The position numbers were made by a program, and so were the translations under genes. The notes beneath the pieces are model-generated. The model was given only the letters and a program-made list of their open reading frames with translations, searched no databases and was not told where the DNA came from. This document shows, piece by piece, positions 10,255 through 23,255 of a DNA stretch of 64,000 bases (position 1 is its first letter; every line of letters starts with the position of its first letter). This stretch comes from Flectonema sp. DT1601 (lineage: Eukaryota), in contig OZ025800.1 in NCBI GenBank assembly GCA_964019425.1, positions 744,001-808,000 on the forward strand. The letters run 5' to 3'.

Positions 10255-12390
10255 TTAAAGTTGTGTTTCAAGTTTTCTTCTTAACATTGCTAACGGAGAC
10301 AAGACTTTATCGGGTAACATATCATCAGAGAGAAAATCAACGCAATCACATGCTGCTGAAGCAAGCTGATCTTTGTCAGGTGTATTTATGCACGAATTCA
10401 TTACAAACAGTAGGACATCCACAACAGGTGACAGCCATGGAGAAGTTTTCGTTGAGTGCATTCGGAGAAGGCGTTCTATTGATCGAACAGATGCCGTTGC
10501 GATTTTACAATACGGGTGTCTGGCTAAAGACATTACTATATCAATAATAGTTTGCGCACACTGAATAAATTGCTCAGAAGATGCAGACGATAAAAACGAT
10601 GATATAAAATTGATAGCCGTGATCTCAGCTGTTCGAGTACCTGTGTGAATATCTTCCGAGTCAATGTCCTCAAGAACGTTGATGACAGAGCTAAAAACAA
10701 CAGTGAGTTCATTTTGAATGGTACCAATGTCAGCCATCATTAAATGAGAATAGTATCCTATTGCTGCGGGTAGAATGTCACCAGATTGATGTAAACCGCG
10801 TTGGGCAGCTATAGTGGCTGTTTGTTTAAGACCATAGTCCTGAAACCCATCTTTAGTCAGAAGAGAAAATTCAAACCCTGCTACCAATACAGCAGCAGAA
10901 CACTCCAGTGAAGGAACAACTATTTTCGGATCACTAAATTGTGTTAACAATTTAGTCAAAACCACAGCTAATGATTGACATTCAGTTCGAGTCCCCCTCT
11001 CACAGCAAACCGCTAATGATGACAACACTCGTGGTATAAATTTTCTATATTCAATTTTATCCAAACAGATACTCATTGAATTAACCAAACTTGGCATGGC
11101 TCTATCAGCCACGTTACCTATCTCATCTGTTGTTAACTCCGCAGCCAACACATTGACAATAATAGAACACCAGTCTTCTAATTCCGGTACACTCGGGCCT
11201 AAAATATTCCCTTGTCCAATTAAGAGTTGGGATAGGAATTCTACATAGCAGTTCCCGATATTGTCTGAGACGGCTGTATTTAAAACATCAATAAGAATAT
11301 CAAGTGAAGAGATACAACTTGTCCTCATGGGTGTAGATAAATTTGAACTTATTGCAATAATAGGATTTTGAAGAGGATCAGAGAACAACTCATCAACTGC
11401 ACTGCCAGTTCTTTTGAACAAACCTTCAATAACAGCCACAGCTACTGGTGATGAACTGCTGCATAAACCAGCAAGATAAGTCGCTTCGTTGTTATTAAGA
11501 GTTTCTAAGAAGGAACTATAGCGTATTGCGATTTTAATTACCTCATAGCTACCCGATAGTAATGTAGTGTCGGGGGTTTCTAGCTGCATTGTTCTGATTA
11601 TGTATCCCTCAATTACGTTGTTGCTGAATCCAAAAAAATCGCCATATTCCTTCAGAAATGACAAGTTGCACTCTTTCATTGCGATCTCACAAAGAGAAGT
11701 CGCATGTCCTTCAGGAATCTGATTGCCACACGACCCAGTCTGAAACAGAGATCCCATCGATGTCAATACCTCCGAAGAAATATCAGAATCACTAAGCAAA
11801 ATATTAGATTGGCTAGCTCCATAAATCCACTCCGCAATGGGTTGTTGCACGGGATCGAACTTGAGCAATTTTCTTGATATAACCAAAGCAGGGATGGTAT
11901 TTTGATCAGGTTTTTCTTGAACATTTACAGCAACAACAGCCTGTGCAGCTGACTGAAGGTAAGTACAAACATCGGAATTGTTTCGCGAAAATTCAAAATT
12001 ATCCACCAAAACAGGTACGATATACCGAGCTGACACCAGTGTCGGGTTTAATAAGATTGAGGTTGGGGTTCTGTTATGGACTCTGATGTGTAGTTCAAGA
12101 AGAACAGATAGGAATTGTTGTGTAAGTTGATTCTGAGGTTGTGAGTCTGATATTGTTTTAATATTAGTTACGAAATCATCGTTGAATGAATGGTTTAAAT
12201 TCCCGCATTTAATTGCTTCACTCGCCTTACTTCTCAAGAATATCGCCGCCAATCCATAACCGTCAGCTATCATGGGAAGCAGTTGCCTTAGAACTTCACC
12301 AGCATTTTGGATAAACATTTGCCGCAATGATTCTTCTGTTTCCCTGTTGGGCCCATTAGTCAATGATGCAACAGCTGCTGATGCCGCCAT
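10255..12390 (-). CDS. Alpha-solenoid (HEAT/ARM-like) protein, about 711 aa
   Basis: Long uninterrupted ORF with amphipathic helical pattern, strongest at the C-terminus. Start placed at MAASAAV, downstream of a ttttcccctcAG acceptor at 12409-12410. Confidence 0.75.
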   Translation of the reverse strand: MAASAAVASLTNGPNRETEESLRQMFIQNAGEVLRQLLPMIADGYGLAAIFLRSKASEAIKCGNLNHSFNDDFVTNIKTISDSQPQNQLTQQFLSVLLELHIRVHNRTPTSILLNPTLVSARYIVPVLVDNFEFSRNNSDVCTYLQSAAQAVVAVNVQEKPDQNTIPALVISRKLLKFDPVQQPIAEWIYGASQSNILLSDSDISSEVLTSMGSLFQTGSCGNQIPEGHATSLCEIAMKECNLSFLKEYGDFFGFSNNVIEGYIIRTMQLETPDTTLLSGSYEVIKIAIRYSSFLETLNNNEATYLAGLCSSSSPVAVAVIEGLFKRTGSAVDELFSDPLQNPIIAISSNLSTPMRTSCISSLDILIDVLNTAVSDNIGNCYVEFLSQLLIGQGNILGPSVPELEDWCSIIVNVLAAELTTDEIGNVADRAMPSLVNSMSICLDKIEYRKFIPRVLSSLAVCCERGTRTECQSLAVVLTKLLTQFSDPKIVVPSLECSAAVLVAGFEFSLLTKDGFQDYGLKQTATIAAQRGLHQSGDILPAAIGYYSHLMMADIGTIQNELTVVFSSVINVLEDIDSEDIHTGTRTAEITAINFISSFLSSASSEQFIQCAQTIIDIVMSLARHPYCKIATASVRSIERLLRMHSTKTSPWLSPVVDVLLFVMNSCINTPDKDQLASAACDCVDFLSDDMLPDKVLSPLAMLRRKLETQL

Positions 12391-12583
12391 TTTATTTAAT
12401 AGAGATATCTGAGGGGAAAAGAGGGTCTTAGTTGTTGAAAAAATAATAAACAACTTATTAGTTTTCATTGACCACTCAGTCAGTTTACAAGATACAATAT
12501 TGCTTGACTCTAAGCAAAGCATGAGAGAGGGGTACGAATATAATACAAAAAGATTTTGCTAATCTTCACCTTTTTTTTTTTAA

Positions 12584-13880
12584 TCAACCAAATGAATTGA
12601 GAAGCGCTTCGCTAGCAGCAGTTATTTGAGAAGTTTTCTTTTCGAGGTGTTTTTGACTTCGTTGCTGAAACCAATCATCCCATTCGTTTCGACACTCAAT
12701 TTCAAAATCAGATTTCGGAATTAGAAAATCTTCCGCTTCCCATTTCCTCCTCTGCGACTCCTGCTCCTCAGCATCCGCAGCTAACTCAGCTGCGCGTGCG
12801 TCAGTCTCTAGTTTTATTATATTTTTTAAAGCCGCTATTTTTGACTCTCTTCTTTTCAATCTTGTACTCCTTGCCTTTATCCGTTCTCTACAATCAGATA
12901 TCGCTGGAGCAATAGCAGAGTGAATACTTTCATAAGAGAGGATTTGACTCTCTTCGATTTGCATTCGTTTCATTATTTCACTAAATAATAAGTCTTCACG
13001 GAGCGTAATCCGTTCTCGAATGCGAGTACAACGGGAAGTAACTTTAGCGGCTTTGATTAAGAGCATTGTGAATAACAATTTCTTACGGAGTAGTCTACCA
13101 GCGTGAATCTCTAAAGAATTGAGTTGTTGTCGCTGTAATCTTTCATGATGAGAAATAGATATAAAAGTAGAACACGGATCCCTTGGTGACGGCGTAGTCA
13201 CTTCTTCTAAATTAAAGACCTCGTCTTCAACTGCCGATGAGAATCGATCGAATATTTCACATTTTGCTGACACTACTCCTTTAGAGTCCAGGTAACCACT
13301 TTTCTTAATAAAGACACTAAATGGTGACAACATATAAGCTGGTCCTTCTTCAGTAGTCATTTTAATTCCTCTCATTTCTCCTCTGAGCTCAGTAGAGGTT
13401 CCCATTGTTGGAGGTTTCGTTGTTGCCAGAACTGGAGCTGACCAACCTAATAACGTTCCGCTTTGTTTTGTAGCTGATGGTGTGCTCACAAACAAGACTG
13501 GTTCTGGGATTATGTGACTGTGGGTGATGTTGGATAAGATTTCTGTTATTGTCTTTGGTATAATTTTAAAATACACACCTTGTCGACATGATCCAACATG
13601 CAGCAAGTCTTCTACTTACCTGAATGGGAGGATCTCTTCTTATTTTCCAAATGTCGTGGCACTGCATCCAATCACTTCTTCGAAGTAACTGTCTACAGCA
13701 TTCTGCAGCAATTGGAGACTGTGCATTATGAATGTTTACACCAGCTGAAGAGTATCCTCCTTGCATTTCAAGTTGCAGTGCTATTCCTGAACACCAACTT
13801 TTCATTAGTGACTTTCCAACATCTAAATAAGTTGATTCGCATAAAGGGACAGGAGGTGGGAAACTGTATTTATGTGGCAT
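12584..13880 (-). CDS. Hypothetical protein with C-terminal coiled coil, 409 aa, 2 exons
   Basis: Exons 13880-13620 and 13552-12584 joined by a 67-nt GTAAGT...AAG intron in phase 0. E/R/K-rich helical C-terminal half. Confidence 0.75.
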
Positions 13881-14354
13881 GGTGTTTATATTTGTATTCC
13901 CTGCCTCAACCTGATGAAAGTAATTTAGAATGAATGGTTCACATGATATTATTTTGTGGCTTCTTGTTATGTTAACTAACAATCGGTTGAAATTCCTTTT
14001 ATTTTTTTTCGACGGAATTTTTACTTTCCTTGTTTCCATTTTCGTAAAAAGTTTCATTCTTTTTTTTTTTTTTTTTTTTTTTTTTTGTTGTTGTTTTTTT
14101 TTTTTTTCTTTTCCCTTGTCCTCATAATCTTCTTTTTCCTCCTTCCCACGAAAGAGACTTGACTCACGCGGAGTGTTTTTTTCTCTTCCTTTTATTTTTT
14201 TCTTTCTTTTTGTGATGTGGAAATAGCATCCTATCAGAGTGTTACCATCGAAGAATCGCTCCATCCCAACGACAATGGAGAGCGATAGCCGAGCTGTTAC
14301 TCTGCCGAAGAACATCGTCATTACTCGAAAACGGATTAAAAGGTGGGAAAAAAA

Positions 14355-14534
14355 GGGGGGGTAACTTGATACTAATATTAAATGGAAAGCAACTTGAAAC
14401 TGGCCAAAACGAGAATAGATTTCGGCCAAACCTGGTTGCAATTTAAGAAAATCAACAATTGGTATCGATAAAAAATCCCATATGTGCTGTCGAATATGGG
14501 GATTCGGGGGCCACGTACTACAGGTTGAGCGCCC
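14355..14534 (+). repeat. Dispersed repeat family 1, copy A (about 180 bp)
   Basis: Near-identical to 19731-19911 (inverted) and 43422-43592. Begins G-run+TAACTTGATACTAATATTAAATGG and ends GGGGGCCACGTACTACAGGTTGAGCGCCC. Confidence 0.95.
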
Positions 14535-15358
14535 AAGGGAGAGGGGGGGAAAAGAAGGGAAAAAAATAAGAAGTCAGCGACTACAGGAAATACATAACCG
14601 TATAGCTACAATATAAGGCTTTTTTCCCCCCCTCTCCCTTGTTTTTTCTTTTTTTTTTTTAAATTCTTTTTTGTTTCAGCTGGTAATTATCAGTACAAGG
14701 TAGCAAGTTCCGGAAAAAATAAACAATCAAGTTTATTAGCTGACCCAATTGAAGTGAAGACTTAAAAAAATTCTGAAAACTGAAAAAAGAAACGAAAACA
14801 ATTGAGAAAAAAATATTCTCAAAAAAAAAAAAAAAAAAAAAAAAAAAACATTTTGTTTGTTGCGAAAATTTTCAAAAAAAAAAAGTTACGAACCTGAGGT
14901 GCAACACTCGCACTAAACAAAAAAACTATAATTTTTTTTTCTTTTTTTTTTAAATTCACTTTCCCCTAATTGCGACAATACAATTACCGGCGGGAAGATT
15001 CTCGCAGTTCATGGGGTCAAGGAAACAAACTCGATAGAACATTCAAATAAATTCAAAAAAACAAAACACAACACATTGGCGTTCCACTGTAACGCAAAAA
15101 GCCAATTAGAGTCGTTGTTTTGAACTAAGTACTGCTCCGTAGAAACCTTTTATCAAATTGAGAGCTCATGGTGAGAAAAATGACAGCTACGGTACAGGTA
15201 CATTCATACATTTGTTTAGTACAGGGCTGTGTGAACCCTTTTTTTAAATTTTCCAAAATAGAATAGCAAAACGATGCAAACTGCAGTATGTCACACAAAG
15301 GTATAGAACCTAAGTTTGTGTGTGGAGTGATGGCTGAACACGAACGTCCCTCCATCAA

Positions 15359-16153
15359 TTACGACGGTGAATCATCCTCGAGAGGAGTTAAATCAAGAGT
15401 TGGTTTGGCATCACAAGGCCGTATGAACATTGTAAAAATATTCATTCCTGTACGCCGATACGATGATTTCGCGGTAAATCTCACATTGTGAACACCTTTC
15501 GTAACCCGCTTATGATATAACCGATACCACTTTATTAAATCACACCGAGTGATTGAATTACAACCTATAATACGAGAGTAAGAATTATTCGTAATAACTC
15601 TTTGATATTCAGGTCCAAGACATAATGGATTGTCTTGATGAACAGCTATAATTAAATCAGAGTCTTCCTCACATGTAATTCCGATGGATTCTTCTTGTCT
15701 GAACATCTGAGGACCTCGAAGATGAGCAAATGTCGATAAGATACAATCATCTTTCAAAGAGTAGTAGTGGGCGCAGTCTTCACCTTCTTGATTTTCAGAT
15801 GTGTGGAGTCTGATCTTTACCATGTCACTGGCTTGTAATTTAGTCGTAGCGATAGTCACGCCAGCTATTATCCAATCATCTGAATCTAAACGAAAGACTG
15901 ATCTGTATTGAGTTCTTGGAAGCATTGCAGGGCTAATGCTACTTTGTTCTGTTGTGTTGGTATCAATTGGGAGTATTTCTGATTCTTGAGGAGGATCTAT
16001 TTGGAGTGACTCTTTTACTTCTGACTGCTGTTGTACTTTCACAACTTCTTCAGATTTTATTTCTGCAGTCTCCTTGACAGGAGGTGCCTGTAGCCTCTTC
16101 TCTGGCTTCACTCTACTCCGCGGCTTCTCTTCTGAACTGCCACATCCTCCCAT
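15359..16153 (-). CDS. Hypothetical protein with N-terminal dual-acylation signal, 264 aa
   Basis: Starts MGGCGSS (Gly2, Cys4, Ser6), then a low-complexity E/Q/P linker and a globular beta-rich C-terminal region. Acceptor-like gttgtttacAG at 16199-16200. Confidence 0.8.
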   Translation of the reverse strand: MGGCGSSEEKPRSRVKPEKRLQAPPVKETAEIKSEEVVKVQQQSEVKESLQIDPPQESEILPIDTNTTEQSSISPAMLPRTQYRSVFRLDSDDWIIAGVTIATTKLQASDMVKIRLHTSENQEGEDCAHYYSLKDDCILSTFAHLRGPQMFRQEESIGITCEEDSDLIIAVHQDNPLCLGPEYQRVITNNSYSRIIGCNSITRCDLIKWYRLYHKRVTKGVHNVRFTAKSSYRRTGMNIFTMFIRPCDAKPTLDLTPLEDDSPS

Positions 16154-16600
16154 GCCACCTGGGGGGCAGCACGACGTTTTCTAAGGGGGGAGGGATACCT
16201 GTAAACAACAGAATGATTACACATTTCAAAAAAAGAAAAGAAATTCAAACCAATGCCGTGTATAAGGTCTCATTGCTTAGAAAAGAAGTAATATAAAAAA
16301 TTAAGTAAATGACACTATACTGACTTGCTTAATTCAACAAAGAACTAAACGACTGACTCAAAGTCAGATGATACGAATGACTTATTATCGGATTCTAACA
16401 AACTTAAGGAGAACGAATAGAGGGAAAAGAAAAAAAGAAATTCTAAAGTGTAGTTAACGGAGACTTTGATACAATATAAAAAGAGTCTTCTTAGTGTGAA
16501 AGATCTACGTTGGATAATTATACAAACAGGTGACCGAGATGCGTTAATGATCGCGTACAAGTATTTATCGGAAAGTGAAAATCACTCAAACAGATACCTG

Positions 16601-17866
16601 CTACAATAACGAAACCCGACCACCACCTCCATAAGGAGAGTCAGAACGGGATCGCGAACGGGGTTGAGCAAATGGCATTGGAGGTGCATGCGGTCTGCTG
16701 CCACTCTCGAATAAGGCTGTAGTATTTTAGTTTATTTTAGTTCATTCTTTTCGGTTTTGGCAATTTTTGCAAAAAAAAGTAAGCATTTCGTAGGTCTCCA
16801 GAAAAAAATCAAAAAACAGAATTTATAAAAACATACCGAGCTGTTCAGCATTCATCCCTGGTTTCATCATGTTATCAAGTGAGGTCGAGTACTCGTTCCA
16901 AAATAGGTTTTGTGCTTCTTGACGAACATCATCTCTCTTTAAGGTAGCATCCTTATCATATGATATGTATGGGTAATTACCATCAGCAGCATAAGAAGGT
17001 TCATTGTCATCAAGACCAGCAAGAATAGAATCAACTTCTGGATCCCTGGCAGCAATAACTGCCCTGTCGAATTCGGTATTGAAATGTCTCCAGAACTCAT
17101 CTCTAATCTGTTGTTGCATGACACCAATTCCACCGCTTGCTAAAGGAGCTTCTTCACCTCCAGGGATTGGGAAACCTAATCCCGCAGCGTGACTATACTC
17201 TCGGGATATTTCAGGGTACTCTCGAGATCGTTCCGCCAGCACCCTTTCTGCAAGTAGTCGAGAGTGGGCCTCTGAACGAATACCCGTCGGGTTCGTCACA
17301 CCAGCAGCCATCTGATTTGCAACAGTTTCTGCATCAGCATAAGTACCAATCCCAGCAGAGTTGTGACTGTTGAAGGGGCGAGGAGGAGAGACTGGTGCCG
17401 CTTGAATAGAGGTGTTGTTAATAATTCGCTGCGGGCCACGAGACACAAAACTCTCTTGCTGAGGTAGTAGTTGATGTTGAGGTAGAGGAGAAGTTGCTAC
17501 AGCAACATGATTGCCGCCACCACCTCCACCACTACCTGGTTGTTCAAAGAACTCAGGAGGATCAGTTTGAATTGCCGCATCCGCAGGAAACGTAGTCTGA
17601 GCCATCGCGTGCGAGTGATTAGGAGGTGCTGGTTCTTCATAACTTGTACCTACTCCCATCCCGCTTCTCATCCCAGGAAAGTTTGATCCGACTCCGTAAG
17701 AAGCCATCCCACCCCCTGGTGCTCCACCTATTCCACTGTTTCTGGTAGCGATTAATCTAAGTTGTTCTATTACTTTATCTTTCAATGCAGGTTCTAGTCT
17801 CCTTAGTACAGGATGATTAACTACATTGGTTGGTAGGTGTCTGTCAAGGGATTGACCTTCATACAT
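16601..17866 (-). CDS. Hypothetical G/P/Q-rich protein, 381 aa, 2 exons
   Basis: Exons 17866-16837 and 16716-16601. The 120-nt GTATGT...ctacAG intron is phase 1 and gives C-terminus ALFESGSRPHAPPMPFAQPRSRSRSDSPYGGGGRVSLL. Confidence 0.8.
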
Positions 17867-19730
17867 ATTTTATGGTAATGGTTGCTATTACCTTATCTGA
17901 TTCTGTGAATTAAGGATGGAAATAAAATTAAAATACTAGGTGCTGAGCAGTCCTCTCGTTCAAAACAGATGATAGCATATTCAGTCGTCTCTGTTGTCGA
18001 AAAAGAAGTACAATTTTAAGAAAAATGACTACGCATAGGCGTCAGTCAGGTCACAGTTTTTTTTTTTTTTTTTGTTGTTGTTGTTATATTTTTTCAGATT
18101 ATTAAAAAATAACAAATAATTTTTTATTTATTTTTTTTTTTCTTGCTGCCTTGAAGCCTTGGAAGAAGGTCCACGTTCAAAAAAAAAAATTATAAAAAAA
18201 AAAAATAAAAAAAAGAGGGAAAAGAGGGAAATAAAAAAAAAACGAAAATGAGAATGCGCAAAATTAGTTGTGTGTGCCTTAACTATGAGCAGAGATTTCA
18301 TGCCTGGATCCGTCGTTAAGACCAGCGCGGCTGGTTTTTTGTTGTCCTAGAAATCAATGCACAATCGCGACATGTAGCCTTTGCGAATATTCACCAGTTA
18401 CAAACTTTAGTAGTACCGAAGAGTTTGGTTAGACCATGCATAGCAGAAGGGTTTAATAACACATCGTTAGCACACACTATATAGAAAGAATCCATTCCAT
18501 TTCTGGGAATACATACGGGGAAAAGGAACGATTTCTTTGTATTTTTTTTTTTTTTTTTTTCATTCGTTTTTTCAAAAAGAAATTCTGTTTTAGTTTTAAG
18601 TTTTTTGCATAGCTTGCGTCACTCAGTCTGGCAAACACACTTGAATAAAAATAACTGCGGTAAAAAAACCTCCTGTGAAGAAAGGTGAAAGCTAGCAAGT
18701 AGCAGCTTTGTGAAAATGTCAGCAAGCTCTTAAGATCAACACAGCTCGGTATAACAAGAGATAATTCGTCTCCAGTCAAAAAAACGGAATAAACAGGGGT
18801 AGGAGACTTCCTAGTCAGCAAAAAGAAAAGGAATAAAAAAAATAGCAAAGAAAAAAATAATAATTTTTTTAAAAAAAAAAGGGAAAAAAAATTAGTTTTT
18901 TTAACAAAAGCACGATTGACATCCTGCAAATCCGCAAAAACGCTAATTCCCAACGGATCATGTTCGGGGACCACACCGTTGCGTGATGTGCAAGTGGAGT
19001 TAACTTCCGTGCCTTTGCTAGCGAAAAAGGTACAAATACAAACCCGTATATAAGTTAATATACAGCTGCGCTCTTTGAAGGGATCACCATTACAATCCAG
19101 CAAAGTTCAGAACAGAAAGCGAAATAATATACGCACTTTACAATAGCACATAGAGTACAACTCCATTGCTTGTGTAAAGGTACCGGTTTTCATTTTTTTT
19201 TTTCAACATCTCTCCTTCTAGAGGAAGCATTACATTACGCACAACAAATTAGGTTCTCTCTTTTTTAAAAAAAAATTTTTTTGTGTTTCCTATTATTTCT
19301 TTTTTTTTGCGACCTAGATAACTTTTTTCCTTCCTATTTTTTTTTTTTTTTTTTTTCCAAATTTCGTTATTTATTTGTTCATTTTCTTATTTTATTTTAT
19401 TTATTTTTTTTTTTTCAAACAACTTAACCCGCTATTCTTCTTCCCCTTTATTTTTTGCTTCTTCTTTTTTTTTTCTTTCTTTTGTTTATTAGTGACCAAC
19501 AGTCACTAGGAAGAATTTCATCCCTAAGACTGGAACTTTTTAACCCCCCCTCCCCTTACTACGCTGCCGCTGACAGTCAAGATTGTCGGATAAATTGTTG
19601 TTCCTTTTGAGCTTGAAAATACAGTATCAAATTACCCCCTTTAGTTGATAATGTAGTAACAATATAATATTTATTTGCTTTTGAAGTGTGAAGGAATACT
19701 ATTTTAAGCTGTAACGGGCTACAGATGCAT

Positions 19731-19911
19731 GGGGCGCTCAACCTGTAGTACGTGGCCCCCGAATCCCCATATTCGACAGCACATGTGAGATTTTTTATCG
19801 ATACCAATTGTTGATTTTCTTAAATTGCAACCAGATTTGGCCGAATCTTATTCTGGTTTTAGCCAGTTTCAAGTTGCTTTCCATTTAATATTAGTATCAA
19901 GTTACCCCCCC
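19731..19911 (-). repeat. Dispersed repeat family 1, copy B (inverted)
   Basis: Reverse complement aligns end to end with 14355-14534. Confidence 0.95.
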
Positions 19912-20854
19912 TCAGAGCTTGATAATACAGTATCAAATTTACCCTCCCTCACCATTCCTATCCCCTTTCTGTTTCCTTTTTTTTTTTTTTTTTTTTGTTT
20001 GCACCCTGCATTTTTTTTCGGAGAATAATGAAATCCAGTAATACGATGGATAAAACCCTACATTATAGAGCTTCAAATGTTTTAAAAAAAGAAAAAAAAG
20101 AGGAGGGGAATCTGGATTGGGGAAGGGAGAGGGAAGGGGAAGATTTGCCAAGTGCAATAGTTATGAACCTATAAAATCGGACAAGAACGTCTAAAATACA
20201 AAATAAAAAGAAACTTCGGCAGAATGTCGTGCCTGAGTTCCTAAGCTTGGCAAACAAAGAAGCTATAATGCGCGATGAGTCATAGAGAGACAAAATACAT
20301 CAGACACAGTTACTTTATCTTGGTGTCAATCATTCCGCTCTCTAACCTTCTTCATTTTAATTTCTACAATCCAAATGCCAATATGAAGAGAAATATATTA
20401 TTATTCTTTTTTTTTTTTTTTTTTTTTTTTCGTTTTATTTACTTCGTCTTTTTCTCAAATTCTTTTTTTTTTCTCCACACCATTCTTTATTTTTTTTTTA
20501 AATAATTCCTTGTCTGGGTAAACCCGCCATTGATACTTTCCTTCGAAGTCTCACACACCAAAAGGAAAACTAAAAGAACTGGTCCTAAACCGTCAGCGGC
20601 AGCGTAGTTCACGATTGCAAAAATAAAATGCCACACGGCCACGTGAACATAATAAGCCAATCATACACATGATTAATCACAACTAGTCTGATGAACCAAT
20701 GTGGTCAAGGTACGAGGGGAGGGGGCGACCCTGTAAATATCCATACGGCCGAGTGCGCCCAACTGCCTTAACTTCTTGACTTCGCGACTTGCTGTCATAA
20801 ATATAGGTTAGTCCAGATACAGTATCCTTTGGGGACGACGGGAAATAAAAACAC

Positions 20855-20876
20855 GGGGTGAACTATAGTTCACTCC
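20855..20876. other. Palindrome (perfect 16-bp core GTGAACTATAGTTCAC, 20858-20873)
   Basis: Directly visible. Function unknown. Confidence 0.6.
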
Positions 20877-23255
20877 CAGCATGTAAATCAGATTTAACGA
20901 AGCGCCACTTTTAACCTATTTCCCGCTGCTGTTTTCCCAGTTTTTTCTCAGTTTATGACCTTCTGCAGAGACATGAGGAAAAAATAATCCCCATAGACCC
21001 CCCCACGTGGCGAACGCAAAAGCTAAAATACGAAATAAGAGAAAAGAGAAAATACTAATCAACTGCGTGATACGAAATTAATGAAAACAGATAAGCAAGC
21101 GATGATGTACAAGAGAATGATTGATAAGAACTGTTTTAGATTATCTTAACATCTGAGTAACTATATCAGATAACAGTATGGTGATTTAGTCTGTGTCATG
21201 TTCTCGGTGTAGAAATCACCCCCTAGTTAGCAAGTCTAGAGTGCACTTACCTTTTGATTGTGTTCGTAATAAAGAAAGTTTTATCACTGTCATTAGACTT
21301 CGTAGCGCACTACTAGTGGAGCACTCTTCTACAATGAATGTAGAAAGTTTGTAGAAAATAGTAATTGGATCTGGTGTTGACCAAGGGGGGGTGATGGCCT
21401 GGCAATGTAGATACAGTAATAAACTTTATAATACTAAAATAAGTAATAAAGTTAAAACCGTATTGTATCAAAGCTAAGCATTTTATAAATATTGTAGAAG
21501 ACGGTACATTATAACCAACGTTGCAAACTAATCTACACACATGTCTCTTTTTCCGCGTTGCCATTGACCGGTGGACTTGAAAAGAGAACGACGTTTAACC
21601 CTTACAGGAACAATTTTTTTGATTTTATTTTATTTTTTTTTGATTTTAACTTTCCAATCTTCAATGATTTTTTTCTATTTTCTTTTTTTTTTTTTTTTTT
21701 GCCACAACCACAAAAAGACGTCAGGAGGGAAATACGGATCCGTATGCCCAACTTTTAAAACGAACTTAGTCTCGGAACACACACAGGTAACCAACATTGA
21801 TTTGTTTATCGTGCGTAAGGATTCCGGCCTTGCTGAGAACCACGAGAATCGGTTGTCCCGTTTCTCCCAATAAATGCAAAGAAAAGAAGGTTTTTTAACA
21901 TAAATAATATTTAAAAAAAAAAAAAAAAAAAAAAATTGGTTTTTTACCTCTTACATTTTAGGGTTTAAAAAAAGGGGGAGAAAGCTGTTTGATTATTCTC
22001 ATTAAAGGCGAAAGGGTATTTTGCGGCGTGGGAATGTCGCCACACCTGGGAATCGGGAAATGTTTTCGTCAAGAGTAGCAAAGAAAACTTGAAGCGGAAA
22101 CGAGGAACAGTAAAAAGAAAACAAAATAAATTTAATAAAATACTTAAAGAAGAAAAGGTACCAAAAATTGATTAGGCACTGCTTGTCGCAACTGCATCAC
22201 TGACGAAAGCTTTCCCCTTCCTATTTTTTCCCTTGTTGAGTGGCACGAAACTTTTACCTAGTGAAAACATCCAAAGAACTACCTTGAAAAAAAGTGGAAG
22301 AAAAAAGAAAACCGAATTGGCTGATAGAGATGCGCAATTTGGATCTTTTCCGCCCCTTCCCTTTTTTTTTTTGTTGCTGTTGTTAGCGGAATGATCAACA
22401 AAAGAATCCCGCAGATGCAACAGGTGTTGGTTTTCGACCAAATATGGCATCCGCTGTCAAATTATGTTATTATTGTCTCGTCTGAGGACTTCAAGCAATT
22501 CCCGCTTTGAAGAATGAGAAGTGGAAGTGACAACAATCAGCAAAAAAACAGTTCGGGAAAAAAAGCACCTTTTCTTAAACGATACGAAGATTTATCAAAG
22601 GGTAGTTTAGTTTAGTTTAGTTTAGTTCAGTCAAAGGGTAGTTTCATGAAAGACCCACAACACCAACAATAATTAGAAATTTAAAAAAAGCAAAAAAAAG
22701 AATTGGCTTTATCTTCAACTATACAGAAAATAATGATATAACAAACTATGATTTTTTGTTTGTGCACGAAACCGTGAACCGATTTAAACTGATAAAGCTA
22801 AAGGAGGTTTACGTGTGCTGCCAACATTCTTTTTCGTTCTTACAATACTTGTTAAATGCAAAAAAAAAAAATTAAAAAAAACAAGGGCATACCCTAACAA
22901 GTGGTAAAGAAGCGGGAAAACGAGAAAAAAGAGTTTTTTTTTTTTTTTTTTTTACTTTGCGACAATCAGATTAGCCTTATTTTTCGTTGAAAGCAGACAG
23001 AATCAAGCACGGGGTGAAAATAAATCATGACTACAAGAATAACGGCTTTCAATCTGAGTAGTTTCTTCTACAACTACGTCGTCAGTACGAAAAAAAAAAA
23101 AATTAAAAAAATTAACTAGAATTCCCTTTCTTCTTTTTTTTTTTTTTTTTTTGCCAGACCTCCAAGTAAACAGAAACTTATTTTAAGCATGAACGTGATT
23201 AAATCGATTGTTTTTTTTTAACCAAAGAAAAAACCGACAACATAGTCGCTCAAGC

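Noticed and set aside
13881..14441. N-terminal two-thirds of the 291-aa ORF, and related short ORFs at 19577-19807, 19825-20028 and 43447-43680 sharing peptides such as AVEYGDSGATYYRLS
   Set aside because: These are translations of repeat family 1 and homopolymer tracts. The copies differ by frameshifting indels, so they are not a protein family.
18477..19103. 208-aa minus-strand ORF
   Set aside because: TTG start, runs through poly-T and poly-A tracts (poly-Phe, poly-Lys) and has no domain signal. Likely UTR or spacer.
21095..21232. Possible C/D box snoRNA (TGATG...CTGA-like boxes on either strand)
   Set aside because: C boxes are imperfect, there is no convincing terminal stem, and I could recognise no rRNA-complementary guide of 10 nt or more. 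It would need snoscan against this organism's rRNA.
22595..22645. TCAAAGGGTAGTTT direct repeat around an (AGTTT)n run
   Set aside because: Best explained as simple slippage or microsatellite expansion.
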